This document shows, in pieces, positions 24,623 through 36,249 of a DNA stretch of 64,000 nucleotides. The notes under the pieces are model-generated. The model was given only the letters and a program-made list of their open reading frames with translations, ran no database searches and was not told where the DNA came from. The DNA is from Mobula birostris (lineage: Eukaryota), in assembly GCF_030028105.1 (NCBI RefSeq), contig NC_092374.1:176538057-176602056 (forward strand), read 5' to 3'. The position numbers and the translations under genes are program-made. Each line of letters begins with the position of its first letter. The stretch's first letter is position 1.

Positions 24623-24687
24623 TTTTTTTTTAATACTTCATTTTCAAAATTTTCAAAAGACAATGAAATCAACAAGCTATAAGCTCA

Positions 24688-24924
24688 AGCAACACACATC
24701 AAAGTTGCTGGTGAACGCAGCAGACCAGGCAGCATCTCTACGAAGAGGTACAGTCGACGTTTCTGGACGAGACCCTTCGTCAGGACTAACTGAAAGAAGA
24801 GCTAGCTCAGCCCGAAACGTCGACTGTATCTCTTCCTAGAGATGCTGCCTGGCCTGCTGCGTTCACCAGCAACTTTCATCTGTGTTGCTGGAAATTTCAG
24901 CATCTGCAGATTTCCTCGTGTTTG
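24688..24924. repeat. Head-to-head Penelope pseudo-LTR hairpin inserted in the L1 3' UTR
   Basis: 76-bp arms 24688..24763 and 24814..24889 with 5 mismatches and a 50-nt loop. Confidence 0.85.
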
Positions 24925-27900
24925 CGAAGGTATAAACTCAGACATGTGCAAAAATAAAATAAGAGAAAAAAGGAACATAAAATTAGAGGGATGCCTATTG
25001 AACAAACTGCTCAGAAGTGCTAAACATTAAGTCTCAAGTAAGGGCCATGAGAAATCAGCTGGAGGGAAATTATTCATCTGCCCCCAGCCTCGTCTAGGTC
25101 AGCAAGAAATGGATCCCAGATAGCCGAAAATTTTATAACTGAATTGGTTCTCAAGAACCTAAGTCTGTCTATTGTATGACTGAGATCATGTCAGACATCC
25201 TTCTCCGAAAAGAAGGGGGAGAGGGTGATTTCCATTCCCTCAAAATAAGTCTTTTAGTGACAGTCAGCCCCAGCATCAGAGACTGTTCTATGGCTGTAGG
25301 GAGGCATAGAGTGGATTGTGAACAGCCGAAGGTGGTGAGACCAGCTTCCAACGGGAAGGATCTTTTATAGGCCTTTGAGTACCAGTCAAATATTTTGGAC
25401 CAAAATCCAGACAGTGATGGGCAAAACCAAAAGGTGTGTGACAACGTGCTCTCCATCCTTTGACATCTATCACACATTGGCAAGACAGAAGGGTAAATCC
25501 TGTGCAACCAGAGTTTAGAATAGTGAAGACGGTGGACAACTTTGAACTGGGTCAGTTGGTTTCTGCTGTTAACAGAGCAACCCTGTATCATAGACAAACT
25601 CTTGTCCCAGGCAGCTTCAGATAATTCAATGCCCAATTCCTCTCTCCAGGCCTCCCTGACCTTCACAGTAGAGGCTATATTACAGCCATTGAACAAACGT
25701 ACAAACTTAGAAACGAGATGCTTGGAGTCAAGAGGGTTCTTTAAGATATCAAAACATGTATGCTTCCCTGGAAGGATTTCAAAATTACAAATCTTAGATT
25801 GAATATAGTGCCTAATTTGTAAGTAACGAAAATACTGCGAATGAGGCAGCTCAAATTTCTCACTCAGCAGACTAGATGTGGCAAACCATCTATGTACAGG
25901 TCTTTGATAGAAACTAGACCCTTCTCCCTCCAAGCATGGTAGGTTTGATCTGACCATGAGGGTAGAAAGGAGTGATTGAAACAGATTGTTGATTGTACGG
26001 AGGTCTCTGGTAAATTCAGAACGCTCCTAAACTGATTTAGAATTCTGACAAAATTTTTCAAAACAAAACTTGAACTTTTTGAAATTCCAGGCTTTTCTAA
26101 TTTAGAGAACAGCATGGCTGGCAAGGAGGAATTGACAACAGAGCTAGACTCCATATATAGCCACAAGGGGGCCCCAGGTATTAAGTTATCCGGAGCTCCC
26201 TGTTGCCAAAACATTAGAGCCCTAACATTGACAGCCCAATAATAATGTCTGAATACAGGTAATCCCAGCCCTCCTTCAGACTTGGGCTTTTGCAAATGGA
26301 TTTTCGAAATCCTGTGATTTTTATAGTTCCAGATGTAAGACATAATTAAGGAGTCCAACTCTTTAAAGAAGGCTGGTGTAAGAAAAATGGGGAGATTTTG
26401 ACAAAGATAGAGAAACCTAGGAAGGGAAACATTTTAATTGAATTTATACGGCCAATCATGGACAGAGGTAAGGTTTTCCAACTTTCTATATTCTGTTTAA
26501 ATTTTGAGATAAACTCCGCGAAGTTTAATTTAAATATTAGTTTAGGATCTTTGGGTATTGCCAAACCAAGATAAGTAAAGTGATCTTTAACTACTTTAAA
26601 CGGGACACTTTCCAAAAAACCCGGCGTGTAGACGTCGGAGAGGGGCATGATGTCACTTTTTCTTCAATTGATTGAGTATGCTGATAGTCTACCAAAAGAT
26701 GTGAATATATCCAGAAGAAGGGGGACTGACTTCTCTGGGTTTTGTAAGTACAGTATCACATCGTCAGCATATAAACTAATAAGTGTTTCAATACCTCCCA
26801 CTTTCAAACCCACAATATTTGGGTGACTTCTTATTTTTAGGGCGAGGGGATCTACCGCGACGGCAAAGAGGGCCGACAAGAGGGGACAACCCTGCTGAAC
26901 TGAAAGGTGTAGAGTTGAATAGTTGAATAGTTGAATTGTCACCATTGGTTATAATACAACACATTGGGCTGGCATATATTAGTTTTACCCAGGATATAAA
27001 TGACTCACCAAACCCAAACCTGTACAGTGATTCAAACATGTAAGGCCACTCAATCTGGTCAAAAGCCTTCTGTGCATCAAGGGATAAAATTGCCGCCCCA
27101 CTAGCTTTCCCATGATCAGAATACATAGTATTAAGTAGGCACCTAACAGTGGAAAAAGAAAACCTGCCCGGGATGAATCCTGTCTGATCAGGATGAATGA
27201 TAGTTGACAAATGCTTATTTAGCCGGTTAGCTAGCATTTTAGTGGTTACTATTCTATTGAAGTTCTGGAGTGCAATGGCCCTATAGGTGTCCAGATCTAT
27301 TTCTTCTTTACCTTTCTTTAGAATGAGTGAAATGTTAGCCTCCTAGAACATTTTAGGCAAGGCTTTATCTCTCTTAGAGTAAGATATCATTCTGAGGAGA
27401 AGTGGGGCAAGAATATCACAAAATTCCTTATAAAATTCGAAGCCAAATCCATCTGGACCAGCTGCCTTGCCAGACGGAAATGACTTAATGGCAGAAGTTA
27501 TTTCTTCCAATGTGAAGTCAGAACCTAGGTCCTCCCTAGCAGCGTCACTAAGTTTCGGCATTACAAGAGAGTCAAAGAAGTCTTTCAAATCAGATTGAGT
27601 GGCATCGCATTTAGAAGTGTAGAGTGCACTGTAAAATTCTTTAAAACAGTCATTTACCTCCTTGGGGTTGACTAACAGGGTGCCCGCCCTCGATCTAATG
27701 CAATGGATTGTCCTGGACACTCCGAAGCTGCCATGCCAGGATCACCCCAGGCTTGCCCGCATTTCGAAATGCTTTTGTAGTCAAATAAATAACCTCCTCT
27801 TAAAATTGTTATTTATTTGACTACCCAAGATGCAATTGTACTCATATTTAAGCTTCATTATCTTATTGTAGTCTTCAGAGGATTTTGTGGTCTGGTATGT

Positions 27901-28354
27901 TGCTTCGAGGTTTCGGAGAGTATTCTCAATCTCTAATAATCGCCCCTCTCTCTGCCTCTTAGCAGCGGATTCATATGAAATTACATACCCACGAATTACA
28001 ACTTTTAATGTCTCCCAGAGTGTGGAATCTGACACCTCTCCGTTATCATTGATTTCTATAAAATGTTTTAATCTGTTGGTGATGTTTTCTATAAATTTCT
28101 TATCAGTGAGTAGGGAAGGGTTAAAACGCCAGAAAAAGATATGTTTGGGAAGGGAAAGATTTATGGACATTGTCAAGGGGCTATGGTCAGAGATTAATAT
28201 GTTATCATACTTTGTATTTGTAACATGAGAAATTAAATGACAATCAACAAAAAATAGTCTATTCTACTGCAGGATTTATGAACATGAGAATAATAAGAAT
28301 AGTCCTTGACGGTGGGATGTTGAACTCGCCAGATATCTACGAAATTCCTAGTTT

Positions 28355-29980
28355 GAAAAGGAGGAGGTGTTTGCTACATTGAGGCAAATTAAAGTGGATA
28401 AATCCCCAGGACCTGACAGGGTATTCCCTCGGACCTTGAAGGAGACTAGTATTGAAATTGCAGGGGCCCTGGCAGATATATTTATAATATCGTTGTCTAT
28501 GGGTGAGGTGCCGGAGGATTGGAAAATGGCTCATGTTGTTTCGTTGTTTAAAAAAGGATTGAAAAGTAATCCGGGAAATTATAGGCTGGTAAATTTGACG
28601 TCGGTAGTGGGTAAATTATTGGAAGGAGTACTAAGAGACAGAATCTACATGCATTTGGATAGACAGGACTTATTAGGGAGAGTCATCATGGCTTTGTGCG
28701 TGGGAGGTCATGTTTGACCAATCTATTGGAGTTTTTCGGGGAGGTTAACAGGAAAGTGGATGAAGGGAAGGCAGTGGATGTTGTCTACATGGACTTCAGT
28801 AAGGCCTTTGACAAGGTCCCGCATGGGAGGTTAGTTAGGAAAATTCAGTCACTAGGTATACATGGAGAGGTGGTAAATTGGATTAGACACTTGCTCAATG
28901 GAAGAAGCCAAAGAGTGGTAGTAGAGGATTGCTTCTCAGAGTGGAGGCCTGTGACTAGTGTTGTGACATAAGGATCAGTGCTGGGTCCATTGTTATTTGT
29001 CATCTATATCAATGATCTGGATGATAATGTGGTAAATTGGATCAGCAAATTTGCTGATGATACAAAGATTGGAGGTGTAGTGGACAGTGAGGAAGGTTTT
29101 CAAAGCTCGCAGAGGGATTTGGACCAGCTGGAAAAATGGGCTGAAAAATGGCAGATGGAGTTTAATACAGACAAGTGTGAGGTATTGTACTTTGGAAGGA
29201 CAATCCAAGGTAGAACATACAGGGTAAATGGCAAGGCACTGAGGAGTGCAGTAGAACAGAGAGATCTGGGAATACAAATACAAAATTCCCTAAAAGTGAC
29301 GTCACAGGTAGATAGGGTCGTAAAGAAAGCTTTTGGTACATTGGCCTTTATTAATCAAAGTACTGAGTATAAGAGCTGCAATGTAATGATGAGGTTGTAT
29401 AAGGCATTGGTGCGGCCGAATCTGGGGTATTGTGCTCAGTTTTGGTCAACAAATTACAGGAACTATATTAATAAGGTTGAAAGAGTGCAGAGGAGGTTTA
29501 CAAGGATGTTGCCGGGACTTGAGAAACTCAGTTACAGAGAAAGGTTGAATTGGTTAGGACTTTATTCCCTGGAGTGTAGAAGAATGAGGGGAGATTTGAT
29601 AGAGGTATATAAAATTATGATGGGTATAGATAGAGTAAATGCAAGCAGGCTTTTTCCACAGAGGCAAGGGGAGAAAAAAAAAGAGGGCATGGGTTAAGGG
29701 TGAAACGGGAAAAGTTTAAAGGGAACATTTGGGGGGTGGGGCTTCTTCACATAGAGAGTGTTGGGAGTGTGGAATGAGCTGCCAGACAAGGAGGTAAATG
29801 CGGGTTCTTTTTTAACATATAAGAATAAATTGGACAGATACATGGATGGAAGGTGTATGGAGGGATATGGTCCGTGTGCAGGTCAGTGGGACTAGGCGGA
29901 AAATGGTTCGACACAGCCAAGAAGGGCCAAAAGGCCTGTTTCTGTGCTGTAGTTTTTTCTATGGTTTCTATGGTTTCTAT
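28355..29980 (+). mobile_element. 5'-truncated CR1 inserted into L1 ORF2
   Basis: RT motifs YMDFSKAFDKVPH and FADDTK; (ttctatggt)n tail. The L1 frame IK|TRNFVDIWR is restored when it is removed. Confidence 0.93.
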
Positions 29981-31995
29981 TTAATAAAATTGTATAGCAC
30001 CTGCACTGACATGATATTTGAGGGCGGGCGGGAGGACAATCTATCAAAATATGGATCTAGGTAGCAATTCAAATCACCGCCGATTATTATATTTGAATTA
30101 CTGGCATTCCTAAAAATAAATGTCTCCTCTGTGTTTGGACAGTAAATATTAAGGATATTTAGCGGAAACGAATTAATGGTGCCAGACGCCATGATATACC
30201 TGCCGAGAGGATCCGTGGTCATGGAAGTTAGTTGAAATGGAATTTTTTTTCTAAAAAGGATAGCCACACCACGAGCATGAGAAGTCAATGGTGACTGGTA
30301 AACCTGCGATATCCAGCCAGACATCAATTTGCGTTGCTCAGTTACTTTGAAATGGGTTTCCTGTAGAAAAATCACATCTGCAGATAGAAATTTTAGATGG
30401 CTAAAAACTTTGTCATCTTAACAACAAGACCAAGCCCCTTAACATTCCAAGAGACTATTGTACTATCTTTGACCCCCAGCTGCGTTTTACCACGAGATCT
30501 CTGCATATGAGAATAAAAAAAAGAGATCATTACAGTTGACGGAAAACATAGTAAACAGGGCCAAATGGCTGGCAGCCTCATAAAAAAATAGCATACAAAA
30601 AAGAACATGTCTGAGCTATAAACAAGAACAACACACACACTAACCCACCCCACTTCGTGTCTCCCTAAACCAGACACATAGTTCCCCATTTCCATCCAAA
30701 AAGGAGCAGCTGGGCAGGTAACTAACATTACACAATTATCACAAACCCCCTCTCCGAGAAAATTTGTAACGCAAACTATATAATACCGTTAAAAAATGCT
30801 ATTATGGCTGGGGAGAGTTATCCAATATCCGCACCTGAAGCTGGGCATTCATAACACCAACTCAAAATTAACCATTGTAATAACAGACATATTTGAAACA
30901 TTCTCTGCAATTAAATCCCAGTGCAGCATACAGCATTGTAAAACTACATATAGCAAGCAGGTCCCTCCCCTTATCCCAACATGTAGACCGGCACAAGTAT
31001 AAGCTGAATAAACAGTGTCAGTATATCTACTCCCATTTGCGTGCGTTATACCTTTCAAAGAACCGTGCTGCTTCCTTCGGGTTGTCGTAGACTATAGCCG
31101 CTCCTCCGTCCTGATGACAAATATAGAGCCTGGCCGGGAACCGCAAGGTGTGCTTGAATCCTCCATCACGCAGAGTTTGCAGTACATCCCGAAAGGCAAG
31201 ACGTTGAGTCATCACCTCACTGGTATAGTCCGGGAAGATCAAGAACTTATTTCCCTTGTACTCCATGGGTCGTAGTCTGCCGCAGCGTAAAATCAGCTCT
31301 TTCAGTTGAAAATGGTGAATACGTGCCAAAATGGTACGCGGCTTAGCGCCGATGTCGGCTTCGGCTGGAGAGAGCGATGTCCACGATCAGCTTCAACCGG
31401 GTGCGGGATATGCTCTTCCCCGAGCAACTTGGGAATCAGTCTGGAAACAAATTCGGTGGCCGGGATTACCATCCTCCTCGCCTTCTTGTCGCCCTACAAT
31501 CTTAATGTTACGTCTCCGGGAACGGGCCTCTAAGTGAAGCACATTAGCTTGGAGCTGGCTATTTTGTCTCATTAGCTCTAAGTACTTAGCTTCAAGCGCG
31601 TGCTTCGAGGTCGCTAGCGGTTAGTTCTTGGTTAGCCACACGGGCTTGTAGATCGGCCTGTGAGGCAACAAGCGTCTGGAACTTGGTCTGAAAAACATCA
31701 AAGCGGTTGTTCATGCCGCGCGGAACTGACTCAGATGACAACTGATTCAGATGCCTAATTCCTTGCACATGGCGTAAGTTTTGTCCAGCGGTATCTCAGA
31801 GACGGAGAAGTTACTTACAGGTGCGTTGTCAGCATTAACACTAGCTCCGGTAGCTTGGCAGTCAGCGGTCTTAGCTTTGTTTGCCTTCGGCATTGTCAAA
31901 CTGTTCCATACACTTAGTACAGACAAAGAGTGTACACGCACACTGTTGGCCCATGAATAAATAAAATAACGGTATAATAGTAATAGTAATTTTAT

Positions 31996-34900
31996 AGAAC
32001 ATAGAACATAGAATAGTACAGCACAGTATAGGCCCCTTGGCTCACAATGCGCCGACCCTCAAACCCTACCTCCCATATAACCCCCCCCCCACACCTTAAA
32101 TTTCTCCATATGCCTGTCTAGTAGTCTCTTAAACTTTACTAGTATATCTGCCTCCACCACTGACTCAGGCAGTGCATTCCGCGCACTGACCACTGTCTGA
32201 GTAAAAAACCTTTCTATAATATCCCCTTTGAACTTCCCACCCCTTACATTAAAGCCATGTCCTCTTGTGTTGAGCAGTGGTGCCCTGGGGAAGAGGCGCT
32301 GGCTATCCACTCTATCGATTCCTCTTATTATTTTGTACACCTCTATGATGTCTCCTCTCATACTCCTTCTCTCCAAAGAGTAAAGCCCTAGCTCCCTTAA
32401 TCTCTGATCATAATGCATACTCTCTAAACCAGGCAGCATCCTGGTAAATCTCCTGGGTACCCTTTCCAATGCTCCCACATCCTTCCTATAGTGAGGCGAC
32501 CAGAACTGGACACAGTACTCCAAGTGTGGCCTAACCAGAGTTTTATAGAGCTGCATCATTAGATCGTGACACTTAAACTCTATCCCTCGACTTATGAAAG
32601 CTAACACCTGATAAGCTTTCTTAACTACCCTATCCAACTGTGAGGCAACTTTCAGGGATCTGTGGACATGTACCCCCAGATCTCTCTGCTCCTCCAAACG
32701 TCCCTGGATCCCATGCCTCCTGACTTTCTGAATAAGTCTACCGTGTGGAACCTTGTCAAATGCCTTACTAAAATCCATATAGATCAAATCCACTACACTA
32801 CCCTCATCTATATGTCTGGTCACGTCCTCAAAGAACTCTTTCAGGCTTGTTAGACACGATCTGCCCTTCACAAAGCCACGCTGACTGTCCCTGATCAGAC
32901 CATGATTCTCTAAATGCCCAGAGATCCTATCTCTAAGAATCTTTTCCAACAGCTTTCCCACCACAGACGTAAGGCTCACTGGTTTATAATTACCTGGACT
33001 ATCTCTACTACCTTTTTTGAACAACGGGACAACATTCGCCTCCCTCCAATCCTCCGGTACCATTCCCATGGACAACGAGAATATAAAGATCCTAGCCAGA
33101 GGCTCAGCAATCTCTTCCCTCGCCTCTTGCAGCAGTTGGGGAATATTCCGTCAGGCCCCGGGGCCTTATCTGTCCTAATATATTTTAACAACTCCAACAC
33201 CTCTTCTCCCTTAATATCAACATGCTCCAGAACATCAACCTCACTCATATTTCCTCACCTTCATCAAGTTCCCTCTCATTGCTGAATACCAAAGAGAAGT
33301 ATTCATTGAGGACCTTGCTCACTTCCACAGCCTCCAGGCACATCCTCCCACCTTTATCTCTAATCAGTCCTACCTTCACTCCTGTCATCCTTTTTTTTCT
33401 TCACATAACTGAAGAATGTCTTGGGGTTTTCCTGTACTCTATTTGCCAAAGCCTTCTCATTCCCCCTTCTTGCTCTTCTCAGCCCCTTCTTAAGCTCCTT
33501 TCTTGCTTCCCTATATTCCTCAATAGACCCATCTGATCCTTGCTTCCTAAACATCATGTATGCTGCCTTCTTCCACCTGAATAGATTTTCCACCTCACTT
33601 GTCACCCATGGTTCCTTCACCCTACCATTCTTTATCTTCCTCACCGGGACAAATCTATCCCTAACATCCTGCAAGAGATCTCTAAACATCGACCCCATGT
33701 CCATAGTACATTTCCCTGCAAAAACATCATCCCAATTCACACCCACAAGTTCTAGCCTTATAGCCTCATAATTTGCCCTTCCCCAATAAAAAATTTTGCT
33801 GTCCTCTCTGATTCTATCCTTTTCCATGATTATGGTAAAGGCCAGGGAGAGGTGGTCACTGTCCCCCAGATGCTCACCCACTGAGAGATCTGTGATCTGA
33901 CCCAGTTCATTACCAAGCACTAGATCTAGTATGGCATTGTCCCTAGTCGGCCTGTCCACATACTGTGACAGGAATCCATCCTGGACACACTTAACAAACT
34001 CTGCCCCATCTAAACCCTTGGAAATAGTCAGGTGCCAATCAATATTAGGGAAGTTAAAGTCAACCATGGTAACAACCCTGTTATTTTTGCACCTTTCCAA
34101 AATATGCCTCCTAATCTTCTCCTCTGTATGTCTGTTATATAGAATACCCTATTGGGGGCCTATAGAATACCCCCAGTAGGGTAACTGCTCTCTTTCTGTT
34201 CCTGATTTCCTCCCATACTGACTCAAAAGAGGATCCTGCTACATTACCCACCCTTTCTGTAGCTGTAATAGTATCCCTGACCAGTAATGCCACCCCTCCT
34301 TCCCTTTTTCCATCCTCTCTATCCCCTTTAATGTACTGAATTCCACAAATAATGAGAATCCGTTCCTGCCCTGGTGCCAGCCAAGTCTCTGTAATGGCCA
34401 CTACATCATAATTCCATGTATGTATCCAAGCTCTCAGTTCATCACATTTGTTCCTGATGCTTCTTGCATTGAGGTACACACACTTCAGCCCTTCTACCTT
34501 ACTGTCTTTACACCGTTTAGTCTGCTTCTCTTTCCTCAAAGCCTCTCTATATGTTAGATCTGGCTTTACTCCATACACTTCTTTCACTGCTCTATCGCTC
34601 TGGGTCCCATCCCCCTTGCAAATTAGTTTAAACCTTTCCGAACCATGCTAGCAAACCTACTTGCAAGGATATTGCTCCCCCTCGAGTTCAGGTGCAACTC
34701 ATCCAATTTGTACAGTTCCCACCTTCCCCAGAAGAGATCCCAATGATCCAAAATCTAAAACCCTGCCCCCTGCACCAACTCTTCAGCCACGCATTCAACT
34801 GCCATCTCCTCCAATTCTTACCATCACTGTCACGTAACTCTGGCAGCAATCCTGAGAACGCCATCCTTGAGGTCCTGTTCTTCAGTCTTCTGCCTAGTTC

Positions 34901-35634
34901 CCGAAACTCACACTTCAGGACCTCATCCCTCTTCCTGCCTATGTCGTTGGTCCCAACATGTATCACGGCTTCTGGTTGCTTTCCCTCTCATACCAGGATG
35001 TTGTGTACCCAGTCAGAGACATCCCGGACCCTGGCACCCGGGAGGCAACAACCCATGTGGGTGTCCTTCTCACGTCCACAAAATCTCCTGTCTGCTCCAC
35101 TGACTATAGAGTCTCCAATGACGACAGCTCTCCTCTTCTCCGTCCCACTCTTCTGCACCACAGGGTCAGAATTAGTGCCGGAGGCCCTGCCACCGTGGCT
35201 CACACCTGGTCGGTTGACCCCGCCAACAGTATCCAGGATGGTAAAATTACTATTCAGGGGAATGGCTACAGGGGTGCTCTGCACTACCTGCTGCTCACCT
35301 TCGCTTTCCCCCCTCTGACTGTCACCCAGTGATCTGCTTCCGACAGCCTAGGTGTGACTACCTCCCAGTAGCTCTCATCTATGACTGCTTCCTTCTTCCT
35401 TATGAGTTGATGGTCATCCAGCTGCTGCTCCCGATTCCTTACACTGTCTTCCAGATCGCCCAGCCGTATGCACTTCTGGCAGATGTGACTGCGGGAGAGG
35501 GGCGTTCCCCCAAGATTGCCACATCTCACATGAGAGGCACATCACCATCTCAGGAGGCATCGTAAAGACTAATTGCGTTCAAGCTTGTCCTCAGCCTCTT
35601 CTCGTCGAAGCCTCTCGAGTCAAAGCTTCAAAGC
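31996..35634 (-). mobile_element. CR1 with ORF1 (zinc finger + SGNH esterase) and internally deleted ORF2, inserted in the L1 5' UTR
   Basis: ORF1 HICQKC, VVIGDSIV, IHVGTNDIG. ORF2 YLNARSI, AITETWL, YMDFSKAFDKVPH. (agaacat)n tail at 31996. Possible TSD TTTAT at 31991..31995 and 35635..35639. Confidence 0.92.
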
Positions 35635-36249
35635 TTTATTGAGGCCTCGGAGAGGAACACTGAACAAACACAGCTAATCCATACACATGTGCACTGGCGC
35701 CCCATACAGATCCTGCTTACGTTATTGTTTTATGGATTTGCTACGCATGTCAGCAGGAAAAAAATATCTCAGGACACATATTTACTCTGATAACTAGTTT
35801 TACTTTGAACTTTCAAATTTCAACTCTGAGAAGTCCCAATTAGAGTGTCTGAAATATTTGATCTGCTATTAGGGGACGAGACGGGTACGGTGAGGGAAGT
35901 TTATGTAGGTGAACACCTTCCATCCAGTGATCATAAAGCCATGTGTTTTGAAGATAATTATGGAAAGAATAGGCCTGGCCATTGTGTTAAGATTCTAAAT
36001 CTGAAAAAGACCAATTTTGATGGTATCAGGAAGGATATATCCAGTATGGAATAGGGCAGGCTGTTTACTGGCAAAGGGATACTTTGTAAGTGGGAGAACT
36101 TGAAAAGTGAAAAATTCAGTATACGGACCTGGTACGTTGTATATTCCAAAGGCCCAGTCAGCAGTAGGTTGGTTTCCCGCAGGTCGGCGAAGCTTGTTTA
36201 GAAGGAAGGTTTCGCGGGCGTGCAGGGTCATTCTGAAGGGCCGAACAGC

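Larger units (their letters stand above)
24623..35704 (-). mobile_element. Full-length but inactivated L1-clade LINE (about 5.5 kb) interrupted by three later insertions
   Basis: 11-bp TSD TACAGATCCTG at 24612..24622 and 35705..35715. Poly(A) 24623..24631. ORF1 from ATG 31893 (MPKANK...) with L1 RBD-like IFPDYT...FPARL. ORF2 endonuclease SWNVKGL, FLQETH, GGDLN; RT LDAQKAFD and YADD; C-terminal CDRC...H.FWFC. Confidence 0.93.

Noticed and set aside
34692-35318. 208-aa plus-strand ORF
   Set aside because: Antisense to the CR1 ORF1 esterase region.
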